DNA from: Chitinophagales bacterium | Lineage (GTDB): Bacteria; Bacteroidota; Bacteroidia; Chitinophagales; Chitinophagaceae | DNA length: 64,000 nucleotides | Direction: 5' to 3' | Assembly: GCA_038241275.1 (NCBI GenBank) | Contig: JBBRFX010000002.1 | Coordinates: forward strand, 6,218-70,217 | Shown here: in pieces, positions 1-10,065 of the stretch | Layout of the letters: each line of letters begins with the position of its first letter | Numbering within the stretch: the stretch's first letter is position 1 | Translations under genes and position numbers: made by a program | The notes under the pieces: generated by a model | Databases searched by the model: none | Seen by the model: only the letters and a program-made list of their open reading frames with translations | What the model was told of the DNA's origin: nothing

Positions 1-1272
1 GGCGATAAAATTGTTTTAAAAACAGATATTGATAATGCATTAATAGATATGCAGCGCCAGGGAGTGGAAGCTCCGCCCAATGCCCGTTGTTTTATAATGG
101 AACAGGCCCTTGGTGTAAAAGCACTGGTATTACAAGCCGAAAAAGATTCACTGCCTGTTACGGATGAAGAAATTGATGCAGATATTGACAACCGTATCCG
201 GTATTTTGTTAGCCAGTATGGATCTAATGAAGAACTGGAAAGGGTTGCAGGTAAATCTGTTTACCAGCTTAAAGAAGATTTTAAAACAGGCATCCGGGAT
301 CAAAAACTGGCCACTGCCATGCGTAACAAAATTGTAGATGAAGTAAAGATTACTCCCAATGAAGTAAAAGCTTTTTTTGATAAAATACCGGAAGATAGTT
401 TGGCATTTTATGAAAGTGAGGTGGAAGTAGGCCAGATAGTGAGTTATCCAAAGGCAAGTAAAGATGCAGAAGATTATGTAATAGAACAATTGAATGAATA
501 TAAAAAACTGATAGAAGGCGGAAAGGATTTCAGGAATATGGCCGATATGTATTCAGAGGATCCGGGTGTAAAGCAAAATCATGGCCAGTACGAAATTAAC
601 AGAAACTCTAAAGACTGGGATGGTACATGGCTGGCAAAAGCATTTACGCTTAAAGAAGGACAGCTTAGCAAACCTTTTAAGACACAGTTTGGATATCATA
701 TCATACAACTTGTAAGCCGTGCCGGCGATGACGCAGTGGTACGCCATATTTTAAAAGTATCACAGGTTACCAATATAGAAATGAAGGAAGGGTTTTCTAA
801 ACTGGATAGCGTAAGAGCAAAATTAATAGCGGGTACTATTGATTTTGGTACGGCTGTTGCAAAGTATAGCGATGATCCAGGCAGTAAATTTACCGGGGGT
901 ATGCTTCAGGGTCCCAACGGAAGTTTTTTAACCATTGATCAGTTGGATGCAGGAATGGTAACAATGTTGAAAGATCTTAAAGTAGGACAATTTTCTCAAC
1001 CCGTAGAGTATGCAGATGAAAAAGGCAAAAAAGGGATTCGTATTGTTTATATAAAAACACAATCAGAACCTCACCGGGAAAATTTGAAAGATGATTATAG
1101 TAAGATAGCCAACAGGGCTTTGGAAGAGAAAAAAGAATCGGCACTGGAAACATGGTTTTATAAAAAAATCAGAACCTATTATGTGATGATTGACCCTGAA
1201 TACCAGGACTGTGAAGTAATGGAAAAATGGGTAGAAGCATCACGTTTATCTGCAGCCAGCGGAAAAAAGTAA
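1..1272 (+). CDS. SurA-like parvulin peptidyl-prolyl isomerase (5'-truncated by window edge)
   Basis: Frame open from base 1; two parvulin/rotamase domains (YSEDPG...FGYHIIQL; KYSDDPGS...FSQP). Confidence 0.85.
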   Translation, partial: GDKIVLKTDIDNALIDMQRQGVEAPPNARCFIMEQALGVKALVLQAEKDSLPVTDEEIDADIDNRIRYFVSQYGSNEELERVAGKSVYQLKEDFKTGIRDQKLATAMRNKIVDEVKITPNEVKAFFDKIPEDSLAFYESEVEVGQIVSYPKASKDAEDYVIEQLNEYKKLIEGGKDFRNMADMYSEDPGVKQNHGQYEINRNSKDWDGTWLAKAFTLKEGQLSKPFKTQFGYHIIQLVSRAGDDAVVRHILKVSQVTNIEMKEGFSKLDSVRAKLIAGTIDFGTAVAKYSDDPGSKFTGGMLQGPNGSFLTIDQLDAGMVTMLKDLKVGQFSQPVEYADEKGKKGIRIVYIKTQSEPHRENLKDDYSKIANRALEEKKESALETWFYKKIRTYYVMIDPEYQDCEVMEKWVEASRLSAASGKK

Positions 1273-1363
1273 TTTTAATAATAACAATAATAGTGCAGGC
1301 GTTTCGGGTAAAACCGAAACGTTTGTTGTTTTAAACAATTTACCGGCGGGTTACAATACCCGC

Positions 1364-1371
1364 TAACTTTG
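1364..1371 (+). promoter_or_regulatory. Bacteroidota sigma-A -7 element (TAacTTTG) upstream of hflX
   Basis: Matches TAnnTTTG consensus about 30 nt before the ATG. Confidence 0.6.
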
Positions 1372-1401
1372 CACAACCTGCATTGGCAGGATTTTTAAAT
1401 C

Positions 1402-2598
1402 ATGATAGAAAAAAAGAAAAATTTAGAAAAGCTCATAGAAAATGCCATTTTAGTTGGTGTTATTCAAAAAGAGCAAACAGAATTGCAGGTTACTGAGTAT
1501 ATGGACGAGTTGGCTTTTTTGGCAGAAACAGCAGGGGTAGTAACCGTAAAACGCTATACACAAAAAATGCAACGCCCCGATAGTAAAACTTTTGTAGGTA
1601 AGGGCAAGCTGGAAGAAATAAAAAACTATATCCTGTTAAAAGGAAATATAACGTTAGCTATTTTTGATGATGAATTAACCGGCTCGCAGATTCAGAACAT
1701 TGAAAAAGAACTCAACATAAAAACAATTGACCGAAGTGATCTTATCCTGGATATTTTTGCGAGCAGGGCCAAAACTGCACAAGCCAAAACCCAGGTAGAA
1801 CTGGCGCAATACCAATATATTCTTCCCCGCCTGAGGGGAATGTGGAAACACCTGGAAAGGCAGGGAGGTGGTGTAGGTACAAGGGGCCCGGGTGAAACAG
1901 AAATTGAAACGGATCGTCGTATTGTAAAAGATAAAATAACGCTCTTGCGTAAACGCTTATCCGAAATTGACAAGCAGGCATTTACCCAAAGAAAAGAACG
2001 GGGAGAGTTTATCAGAGTAGCATTGGTGGGTTATACCAATGTGGGCAAATCTACCTTGATGACTATCCTGAGTAAGAGCGAAGTGTTTGCAGAAAATAAA
2101 TTGTTTGCCACACTGGATACCACTACCCGTAAAATTGTATTTGAACAAACACCTTTTTTACTGAGCGATACGGTTGGTTTTATCCGCAAATTGCCTCATC
2201 ACCTGGTAGAAAGTTTTAAGAGTACGCTGGATGAAGTAAGAGAAGCAGATGTGTTAATACATGTAGTAGATATTTCTCATCCGCAATATGAAGAGCAACT
2301 GGCCGTGGTAAATAAAACCCTTGCGGAGCTGGGCTGTACAGACAAATCTACCATCACCGTTTTTAATAAAATGGATAAATACGAAGAGCAGGTATTTGAC
2401 CAATGGCTGGAAGAAGAAGTGAAGCAGGATATATTCAGGGAGCTAAAAGAAAGATGGCAGATAGAAACCAAGGGCAACTGTGTATTTGTATCCGCTACAG
2501 AAAAGACTAACCTTGATGAGCTGAGGCAAACCATTCTTAATAAAGTGAGAGAAATGTACCAGATAAGGTATCCGTATAGAGCAGAATATTTTTATTGA
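1402..2598 (+). CDS. hflX: GTPase HflX
   Basis: GPGETEIETDRR, G1 GYTNVGKS, FATLD, DTVGF, NKMD motifs. Confidence 0.97.
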   Translation: MIEKKKNLEKLIENAILVGVIQKEQTELQVTEYMDELAFLAETAGVVTVKRYTQKMQRPDSKTFVGKGKLEEIKNYILLKGNITLAIFDDELTGSQIQNIEKELNIKTIDRSDLILDIFASRAKTAQAKTQVELAQYQYILPRLRGMWKHLERQGGGVGTRGPGETEIETDRRIVKDKITLLRKRLSEIDKQAFTQRKERGEFIRVALVGYTNVGKSTLMTILSKSEVFAENKLFATLDTTTRKIVFEQTPFLLSDTVGFIRKLPHHLVESFKSTLDEVREADVLIHVVDISHPQYEEQLAVVNKTLAELGCTDKSTITVFNKMDKYEEQVFDQWLEEEVKQDIFRELKERWQIETKGNCVFVSATEKTNLDELRQTILNKVREMYQIRYPYRAEYFY

Positions 2599-2743
2599 GC
2601 TGAAAGGATAGCCACGAGCCTGTAAGTTAACAGCCTGGCTCTGCTCATCATATTTATATCAGCATTTATTTAGGAGAAGCATGGTCTTTGTAAAACGTTT
2701 TACCAATTAATATTCACGAACAATTAAAACGGGTATTTTACCA

Positions 2744-3103
2744 ATGGTAGAAAAAGAATATACCTGGCATAAGCTTGCAGAAAGTATAGAAGCACTGCAG
2801 TTTTCTGAATCTGGTTTTGCAGAAATGGAAATTGCAGGTAAAAAAATCTGCATCGTACAATACAAAGATCAGCTTTACGCCTGTGCTGCCACCTGCCCTC
2901 ATGCAGGAGGAAACATGGCCAATGGTTATACAGATGCTATAGGAAATATTGTTTGTCCTGTACATCGCTATAAATTCTCCCTGCAACAGGGTAGAAATAC
3001 CAGCGGCGAAGGTTATTTTTTAAAAACTTATCCCCTGCAAACACGCCCCGATGGCGTATTTATAGGCTTTGAAGCAAATAATCTTTTTAATTGGATGAAA
3101 TAG
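2744..3103 (+). CDS. Rieske 2Fe-2S ferredoxin-like protein
   Basis: CPH...CPVH Rieske ligands. Confidence 0.9.
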   Translation: MVEKEYTWHKLAESIEALQFSESGFAEMEIAGKKICIVQYKDQLYACAATCPHAGGNMANGYTDAIGNIVCPVHRYKFSLQQGRNTSGEGYFLKTYPLQTRPDGVFIGFEANNLFNWMK

Positions 3104-3138
3104 TTTGGATAAATTTTTTTGTAAAAACTAAAAACCCT

Positions 3139-3146
3139 TATTTTTG
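3139..3146 (+). promoter_or_regulatory. -7 promoter element (TAttTTTG) upstream of tRNA-Asn
   Basis: TAnnTTTG consensus. Confidence 0.6.
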
Positions 3147-3166
3147 CAACCCCAATAAGGGTACAG

Positions 3167-3244
3167 TCCTCCTTAGTCGTAGTTTTTCATTGCGGCGCAG
3201 GAGTAATAGAAAAACAAGATCCCGATGTATATCGGGACTCAGTT
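3167..3244 (+). pseudogene. Interrupted duplicate of the tRNA-Asn 5' end containing a REP-like palindrome
   Basis: TCCTCCTTAG (3167-3176) and CTCAGTT (3238-3244) reproduce tRNA nt 1-17, separated by 61 nt ending in TCCCGAT-gtat-ATCGGGA. Confidence 0.55.
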
Positions 3245-3256
3245 ATAATTAAATAT

Positions 3257-3330
3257 TCCTCCTTAGCTCAGTTGGTTAGAGCATCTGACTGTTAATCAGA
3301 GGGTCGTCTGTTCAAATCAGACAGGGGGAG
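3257..3330 (+). tRNA. tRNA-Asn (GTT)
   Basis: Acceptor stem TCCTCCT/AGGGGGA, D-arm GCTC..GAGC, anticodon arm TCTGA-CTGTTAA-TCAGA, T-loop GTTCAAATC; CCA not encoded. Confidence 0.97.
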
Positions 3331-3340
3331 CATCAAAAGG

Positions 3341-3371
3341 AAAAGATCAACAGCAATGTTGGTCTTTTTTT
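3341..3371 (+). terminator. Rho-independent terminator after tRNA
   Basis: AAAAGATCAACA-gcaa-TGTTGGTCTTTT plus T-run. Confidence 0.7.
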
Positions 3372-3644
3372 ATTTTTAGAGCTTAATAGAGCTATCTAAA
3401 TAAAAGCCACGATTTCTCTTCCGGTGCTTTTATTTATTTTTTTAAAATCAGTTATTCTCCAGGCTAATACAACAATCATTTTTAAATTATTTTAATGGAT
3501 GGTATTGGTAACTGTCATAATATCATTTACAGGTTTTTACGATGGTTTTGCTTTAACAAAATCTTATCTACTCCCCATTAATCTTTTAACTGTAAAAACT
3601 TTCTCATGGTAGTGAACGGCTGAAAAATCCGTTACCAACATTAT

Positions 3645-4313
3645 ATGAAAAAGCAAATTTTACTTCTACTCGTTATCGTTAGTTCATTTTCCGGATGGGC
3701 TCAATCCAAAGTTTCTTTTGGAGTAAAAGCCGGACTCTCATCTGCAGGCATGCGGGGTGATGCTGTAAACAACCTTAATAATTTATTGGACTTTGCAGAT
3801 GGAAGGATTACTACTCACAACCGCACCGGATTTTTTGCAGGTGGGTATGCAACCATTCCTTTAACAGATCAAATCTCAGTAGAACCGGGTCTTTATTATA
3901 CTCAAAAAGGCTATGAGCTAAGAGGTAATTTAGGAATTAAAGGGTTGGAATTTTTGGGAGCCAATGCTACATCTACTTTGCAATCAGATTATATTGATAT
4001 ACCCATTCTGCTTAAGGCTAACCTCGGTGGCGGTTTACAATTGTTTGCAGGTCCACAGGTTTCCTACCTCACACAGTCGCAGTTAAAAACTTCAGCCGCT
4101 GTATTAGGCTTTAATGTTTTTAATAACACAACCGATGCTACCAGACAGTTTAACCGATGGGACATGGGGGTTACTGCCGGACTTGGATACCAGTTTAAAA
4201 GTGGTTTTAATATTTCTGCTGCATACGATTATGGATTATCTAAAGTAGATGCCAACAAAAATGTAAATGGATATAACAACGCTATTAAAATAGGAGTTGG
4301 AATAAGCTTCTAA
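3645..4313 (+). CDS. Outer-membrane beta-barrel (PorT/porin family) protein
   Basis: Signal peptide, FGVKAGL, YIDIPILLK, C-terminal F. Confidence 0.85.
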   Translation: MKKQILLLLVIVSSFSGWAQSKVSFGVKAGLSSAGMRGDAVNNLNNLLDFADGRITTHNRTGFFAGGYATIPLTDQISVEPGLYYTQKGYELRGNLGIKGLEFLGANATSTLQSDYIDIPILLKANLGGGLQLFAGPQVSYLTQSQLKTSAAVLGFNVFNNTTDATRQFNRWDMGVTAGLGYQFKSGFNISAAYDYGLSKVDANKNVNGYNNAIKIGVGISF

Positions 4314-4345
4314 AAATTATACACCCGTTTCTGAAAACACATAAT

Positions 4346-4378
4346 AAAATGCTTTGAAATTTTTCAAGGCATTTTTTA
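4346..4378 (+). terminator. Rho-independent terminator
   Basis: AAAATGCTTTGAAA...TTTCAAGGCATTTT hairpin. Confidence 0.65.
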
Positions 4379-4585
4379 TTTGTAGCCACAGCTTAAAACC
4401 CGGAGGGCTGTTTGATGCATACATTCGTTTTATTAACCATAAAATTCTTATTGAACTTAGTTATCATTTAAATCACTAAAAAGTTAAAGCTGGTTATTTA
4501 AAAAAATGGTTTGGTATTTTTGTGACAGTAATGCTAATTTCAATTTTAGGAAAGAAAATATTTTTTCATCTAACTAATATAAAAA

Positions 4586-5281
4586 ATGCTTTTTAAAAAA
4601 ACCTGGATCAGTTGTTTTATGGCTGCCATAATATTAATGGCTTGCAATAGCGAGGCACAAAAAACCAATATCTCTGTAGCTGAATTTGAAAAAGTAATTA
4701 CAGAACAAAAAGTGCAGTTGCTGGATGTGCGCACAGCCGAAGAGTATGAATCCGGCTATATTAAAAACTCATTGCAGGCAGACTGGAATATTAAAGAACA
4801 GTTTAAGCAAAGAGTAAAAGCACTGGATAAGAATATACCTGTTTATACCTACTGCCTGAGTGGAGCAAGAAGTGGTGCTGCTGTAAGATGGCTCAATGAA
4901 AACGGTTATAAAGCCTTTAATATGGAAGGCGGTATAAAAAGCTGGAACAAAGCAAACAAAACTTTAGAACAAAATACCAAAGGGCCGCAGATGACTATGG
5001 CAGCTTTTCTGCAACAGATACCTACTGATAAAACCGTACTCGTAGATTTTGGTGCAAAATGGTGTCCTCCATGCAAAGCGATGGATGTGGTATTAAAAGA
5101 GCTGGAACAAACACACGGCAGCCAATTTCTTTTGCTAAAAATTGACGGAGCTGCACAAACTGATCTTGTAAAAGAAATGAACATAGAAGAATTCCCCACT
5201 TTTATAATTTATAAAGCTGGAAAAGCTGTTTGGAAAAAAGAAGGACTGGTAGAAAAGCAAACGTTTATTAAGCAATTGTAA
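4586..5281 (+). CDS. Rhodanese-thioredoxin fusion lipoprotein
   Basis: Lipobox LMAC; LLDVRT...YCLSGARS rhodanese loop; WCPPC thioredoxin. Confidence 0.85.
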   Translation: MLFKKTWISCFMAAIILMACNSEAQKTNISVAEFEKVITEQKVQLLDVRTAEEYESGYIKNSLQADWNIKEQFKQRVKALDKNIPVYTYCLSGARSGAAVRWLNENGYKAFNMEGGIKSWNKANKTLEQNTKGPQMTMAAFLQQIPTDKTVLVDFGAKWCPPCKAMDVVLKELEQTHGSQFLLLKIDGAAQTDLVKEMNIEEFPTFIIYKAGKAVWKKEGLVEKQTFIKQL

Positions 5282-5379
5282 TATATCTGCGGCGGCCTGT
5301 TTTATTAATGTTAATCAACTATCATAGAGAAAATAATATTAATAGAAGCCTTATCTTGCGATAGTAACAAGATCAAAGC

Positions 5380-6630
5380 ATGAGGTATTTATTTTTATTA
5401 GTATTGGCATTTACGGCCAATAGCTTCCTACTGGCACAAACCATCAACGAAAAAATAAAACTGGCTACAGTACAGCTTAGCAGTATAGATCAGCAGCGCC
5501 AGTTGCTTAATGAAAAGATTGAAATTCTAAAACTCGAAAAAATTCAGGATGATCTTGAAAAAATTGGATTGCCGGCATTACAATCCGGTGATGCTATCGT
5601 TCGGCATTCTGCTTTAGTGCTGGCTTATGCCGAAAAATTTGAACAGGCAAGATGGGTAGCACATATGATTACCCAGGATGTAACTAAAGGAACTGTTTTT
5701 CGCACTAATGATTTTCGCCCCGATGATAAAGTAACCACCGGAAGTGCAGTAGAAGAAGATTATTTCTTTAAAAAATTAAAAACAGACAGTACCTGGGAGT
5801 ATGATGGCTTTGGATATGATCGTGGGCACCTGGCACCTTCTGCCGATTTCAGGTGGAGTAAAACCGCCTTATCAGAATCTTACTATTATTCCAATATGAG
5901 TCCGCAGTTAGCCGACTTTAACCGTGGTGCATGGGGCGACCTGGAAGATGCTATCCGAGGATATTTGTACAGCAATTCCAACTCAGAAATATACGTTATT
6001 ACCGGCCCTGTTTTAAAAGATGGATTGCCAAAAATAGAAAGAGGAAAAAATAAAGTAAGTATTCCTTCCACCTACTGGAAAGTAGTGTTGGATCTGAACA
6101 ATAAAAAAGCCATTGGATTTTTAATGTCCAATGAAAATATTACAAAACCACTCAGCTCATTTGCAGTTCCCATCAATACAATTGAAAAAGAAACCGGGCT
6201 CGATTTATTTAATAAACTTCCTGCTGCTATGCAGGAAGAATTGGAGAGCCAGAATATAGCATCAGACTGGTTGCCAAAAAATAACTTGCTGGATGTAGAA
6301 CCACTGGCGCAGGAAACTTTGCCACGCAATCATTTTAATTCTACACAGGCAAAAGGGTGGATGGGCAACAACACCGAAGTAAATGTATGTGGCACGGTAG
6401 TAGGTGCCAGGCTTAGCAGGGCTGGCAATATGTTGATTAACCTGGATAAACAATTCCCTAACCAGGTATTTACGGTGTTTATAAAAAAAGAAGACATCAT
6501 TAATTTTAATTACGACCTCACAGAGGGGCTTAAGAATAAAGTGATTTGTGTAAAAGGAAAAGTAATGAACCAGGGGGGAACTGCCACTATGTATATTCAA
6601 AATCAAAGTGATTTAAAAGTGCAGGAATAG
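5380..6630 (+). CDS. Secreted DNA/RNA non-specific endonuclease (NucA/EndoG-like) with C-terminal OB-like domain
   Basis: Signal peptide; GYDRGHLAP, NMSPQ...FNRGAW motifs. Confidence 0.9.
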   Translation: MRYLFLLVLAFTANSFLLAQTINEKIKLATVQLSSIDQQRQLLNEKIEILKLEKIQDDLEKIGLPALQSGDAIVRHSALVLAYAEKFEQARWVAHMITQDVTKGTVFRTNDFRPDDKVTTGSAVEEDYFFKKLKTDSTWEYDGFGYDRGHLAPSADFRWSKTALSESYYYSNMSPQLADFNRGAWGDLEDAIRGYLYSNSNSEIYVITGPVLKDGLPKIERGKNKVSIPSTYWKVVLDLNNKKAIGFLMSNENITKPLSSFAVPINTIEKETGLDLFNKLPAAMQEELESQNIASDWLPKNNLLDVEPLAQETLPRNHFNSTQAKGWMGNNTEVNVCGTVVGARLSRAGNMLINLDKQFPNQVFTVFIKKEDIINFNYDLTEGLKNKVICVKGKVMNQGGTATMYIQNQSDLKVQE

Positions 6631-6658
6631 ATGACCTATATCCCCCGTTTAAAAACAT

Positions 6659-6681
6659 AACCTTCGAAAGAAGGTTTTTTT
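6659..6681 (+). terminator. Rho-independent terminator
   Basis: AACCTTC-gaaa-GAAGGTT plus T-run. Confidence 0.75.
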
Positions 6682-6879
6682 ATGAGTATTATCACTCAAA
6701 AATTTCAGGGGTTTTTACTGTTGCAGATGATAAAAAAAAATTGTTTCTTGTGTTATCCAATTGATCCTTTCAAATAACCACGGTAATATCTCCCACTTTC
6801 TTCAGGCATTAGAAATATTAAACTTACTGCTACTTCGGTAATCACAGTATTCATTTTTTAAAAGTGAAATTAATATTTT

Positions 6880-8508
6880 ATGCGCTTTAAAAACACCCGG
6901 GGATCTTTAAAAGTATTTGCTGTGGCAGGTACTCAAACTGTTTTGTTTTCGCTGGATATTGCCAAAACTAAAGTACAGGAAAAAAAACTGATTGGTTTTT
7001 CATTTGAACGAAAAGATAAAAACGGCCAAGTAAAAAAACTCAATGGCAGCAAGCGTTTTGAATCGTTAAAAGGAACAGCGAAGCAAAATATTTCATTGGT
7101 GCAAACTTATTTCTGGAAAGACTACACAGCAGATCCCGGGCAAACCTATACCTATACCATTAAAGCTATGATGGGTACAGCCAATAATTTTTCTACCGGT
7201 TACGAAGTAAGTATCAAAATACAAACAGAGCCCCTGAATACCGGTATCCATTCTGTATATTTTAATTATGGCGTTACAGGTTCACAGGCTTATAGCAACA
7301 GGTTTGACAACAAGCATGTGGATGATCTTTCTCCCGAAAAAAAGAAACAGGCACTGGCAATGCTTGGCAGGGAACTGTGGCAGGATGGCTTGTTGCAGTT
7401 TGTGCAACAGGCTAAGGATAACAGTTATCAGTTGGTAGGGATGTTTTATGAATTGCAATACAAAGAATTTTTATTGGCACTAAAAAAGGCCAAACAAAAT
7501 GGGGCTGCTGTAGAAATAAGGTATAGTGCAAAAACCGGTCAGAAAGAAAAAAATGAAGCAGCCATAGCAGCAGCCGGAATTGAATCCTTTTGTAATATCC
7601 GTACAAAAGTGAGCCAGCCGCATAATAAATTTATGATCTTATGCAAAGATGGTAAACCAATAGAAGTATGGACGGGGTCTACCAATATTACACTGCAGGG
7701 AATATTTGGCCAAAGCAATACCGGCCATTGGATTAAGGATGCAGGTGTAGCTGAAAAATATTTTCAATACTGGAATATTATAAAAGATAATCCTTCGGTA
7801 GAACAAAGTGCAGTAATTTCTGAAGCTGTTAAAGCCGATACAGATTTAACCACATTGAAAAAAGGAACGCATATATTTTTTAGTCCACGGTCTTCCCCAA
7901 CATTGCTTAGCCATTATGCCCACCTGATAGACAGCGCCGAAAAAATGGCCTGCATGATCATTCCATTTAATATAGATGATTTGTTTAGAGATGTGTATGC
8001 AAAAGACAAAGATCACCTGCGTTATATATTATTTGAAAAAGCAGCAGAAGCAAAATCGGTGCAAAGCAACGACCGTGACCTGATGATAACTGCAGGCGCT
8101 ATTTTAAAAACACCCGTAGAACAATGGGTAAAAGAAATTTCTTCTAAAACCAATACCGGCGCCGGAATACTTTATGTGCACAATAAATTTTTTCTGATTG
8201 ATCCGCTGGAAAAAGTACCTGTGGTGGTTACCGGCTCAGCCAATTTCAGCAAATCATCTATCACAATAAATGATGAAAATACAATTGTGATAAAAGGCGA
8301 TCAGAGAGTAGCGGATATTTATCTCACAGAATACAGCCGCATGTTTGAGCATTTTTGGCCAAGATACTTAAGTACCCTTCCTGTAAGAAGTTTTAGCAAA
8401 CCGTTAGATGAGGGATATTCCTGGCATTTGGATTATTACAATACAGCCAAAATGGGGTGGAAACGAAAAAAAGTTTTTAATGCAATGAAAGATGCAAAAG
8501 AAAACTGA
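6880..8508 (+). CDS. Phospholipase D-superfamily protein with two HKD-type motifs
   Basis: HNKFMILCKD...WTGSTN and HNKFFLID...VTGSANFS; no signal peptide. Confidence 0.85.
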   Translation: MRFKNTRGSLKVFAVAGTQTVLFSLDIAKTKVQEKKLIGFSFERKDKNGQVKKLNGSKRFESLKGTAKQNISLVQTYFWKDYTADPGQTYTYTIKAMMGTANNFSTGYEVSIKIQTEPLNTGIHSVYFNYGVTGSQAYSNRFDNKHVDDLSPEKKKQALAMLGRELWQDGLLQFVQQAKDNSYQLVGMFYELQYKEFLLALKKAKQNGAAVEIRYSAKTGQKEKNEAAIAAAGIESFCNIRTKVSQPHNKFMILCKDGKPIEVWTGSTNITLQGIFGQSNTGHWIKDAGVAEKYFQYWNIIKDNPSVEQSAVISEAVKADTDLTTLKKGTHIFFSPRSSPTLLSHYAHLIDSAEKMACMIIPFNIDDLFRDVYAKDKDHLRYILFEKAAEAKSVQSNDRDLMITAGAILKTPVEQWVKEISSKTNTGAGILYVHNKFFLIDPLEKVPVVVTGSANFSKSSITINDENTIVIKGDQRVADIYLTEYSRMFEHFWPRYLSTLPVRSFSKPLDEGYSWHLDYYNTAKMGWKRKKVFNAMKDAKEN

Positions 8509-8546
8509 AGCTATTAAAATAGAATTTTAACCAAATCAACTATACC

Positions 8547-9170
8547 ATGGGATACGATAGAGAACCCCGATACCTGCATCCATATTTAGGTGGAAGGCTT
8601 ACTAAAATTCTACAGGCGATCAATGCAAAATTACCGACCGGTTATTCAGCAAAATTGGTTTCTGCACATCGCACTCCCGATGACCAGTTTCAGCTTTTTA
8701 AACAAGGCCGTATTTTTAGAAATGGTTCCTGGGTAAAAGTTGGGCCAGTGGTTACGCACCTGGATGGCTTTGTAAAAAAATCACGGCACAACAATTTACC
8801 CTGTACCGCTTTTGATGTGGGCATCTTTAAAGGAAATACCTACCTGGGAGATAGCCCCCTGTATAAAAATGTACAAGAAGGAATCAGGTTTGGGCTTGAC
8901 TGGGGTGGCAACTGGACAAGGTTTAAAGACCTGCCTCACCTTGAAATGCCCAATACGCTTTTTTTTAAAAACAGCCTGGAAAAAGACCAGGGTTATGTAT
9001 GGCAATTATACCTGCAAAAAGCGGGAAGTTATACCGGCAACATGGATGGCATTTTTGGCACTAACTCCTTGAGTGCATTAAAAACCACCACAGGCCAGGA
9101 AAGCAGGAACCTTATTGCATGGGATAAATTATATGACCAATTCGGAAAATTAGACAATCAATATTTATAA
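8547..9170 (+). CDS. M15-family (L-Ala-D-Glu, endolysin-like) peptidase with C-terminal peptidoglycan-binding motif
   Basis: HRTPDDQ, SRHN...AFD, WGGNW...DLPHLE; DGIFG motif. Confidence 0.85.
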   Translation: MGYDREPRYLHPYLGGRLTKILQAINAKLPTGYSAKLVSAHRTPDDQFQLFKQGRIFRNGSWVKVGPVVTHLDGFVKKSRHNNLPCTAFDVGIFKGNTYLGDSPLYKNVQEGIRFGLDWGGNWTRFKDLPHLEMPNTLFFKNSLEKDQGYVWQLYLQKAGSYTGNMDGIFGTNSLSALKTTTGQESRNLIAWDKLYDQFGKLDNQYL

Positions 9171-9207
9171 CAAATTACCATTAACAATAATTAAAATCAA
9201 TTTAGGT

Positions 9208-10026
9208 ATGACACAAAAAATGGCATTGTGTATCGGTATAAATAATTATCCCGGTACCGACAGCGACCTTTCCGGTTGCGTAAACGATGTAAACGACTGG
9301 GCCAAAGTGTTTACAAAAAATGGGTTTACAGTAAATAAACTGGTAGATAAAGATGCCAGCAAAAAAAACATCCTGGATGCTATGAAGGATATGGTGCTTA
9401 AAGCCCAAAAAGGAGATTCTATTCTTATTCAATACTCCGGACATGGTACCTATATACCGGATAAAGATGGAGATGAAACGGATGGAACAGATGAATGTCT
9501 TTGCCCGCATGACCTTTATACCAATGGCCCGATAACGGATGATGAATTAAGTGATATTTTTACTTCTAAAAAGAATGGAGTGAAGCTGGTGTTTTTTTCA
9601 GACTCCTGTCATTCGGGAACCGTTAGCCGTTTTGCACCCATCACAACCCCTCCCACCACTTCGGGTAAAACGGCTCCTGTAAGAAAAGTTAGATTTTTGC
9701 CTCCTGCAAATTTTCTTTCAACAAGAGATATTAATAAGCTGGGCACTATCCGCACTTTTAATAGAACAAGCCCTCCCGGCAGATACGGCAGCCTGCTAAT
9801 GAGTGGCTGCCAGGATGTGGAATATAGTTATGATGCATGGTTTAGTAACCGGCCCAATGGTGCATTTACTTTTGTAGCATTGGCTACGCTTGGCAAATTA
9901 AAAGCCGGATCAACTTACCAGGATTGGCACAAAGCAATTAAAAAAGTTTTACCATCACAACAGTATCCGCAGTCGCCAAATCTATATGGATCTGCTACAA
10001 TGAAAAAGTGGAAAATATTTTCATAG
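9208..10026 (+). CDS. Caspase-family (C14, metacaspase-like) protease
   Basis: ALCIGINNY, LSGCVND, YSGHG and DSCHSG catalytic dyad. Confidence 0.92.
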   Translation: MTQKMALCIGINNYPGTDSDLSGCVNDVNDWAKVFTKNGFTVNKLVDKDASKKNILDAMKDMVLKAQKGDSILIQYSGHGTYIPDKDGDETDGTDECLCPHDLYTNGPITDDELSDIFTSKKNGVKLVFFSDSCHSGTVSRFAPITTPPTTSGKTAPVRKVRFLPPANFLSTRDINKLGTIRTFNRTSPPGRYGSLLMSGCQDVEYSYDAWFSNRPNGAFTFVALATLGKLKAGSTYQDWHKAIKKVLPSQQYPQSPNLYGSATMKKWKIFS

Positions 10027-10065
10027 TTTCTAAGATAGAAAAATTGATAATCTAAATGTTATAGT

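Noticed and set aside
8547-9170. Prophage lysis cassette
   Set aside because: Endolysin-like gene, but no holin, terminase, capsid, tail or integrase genes nearby.
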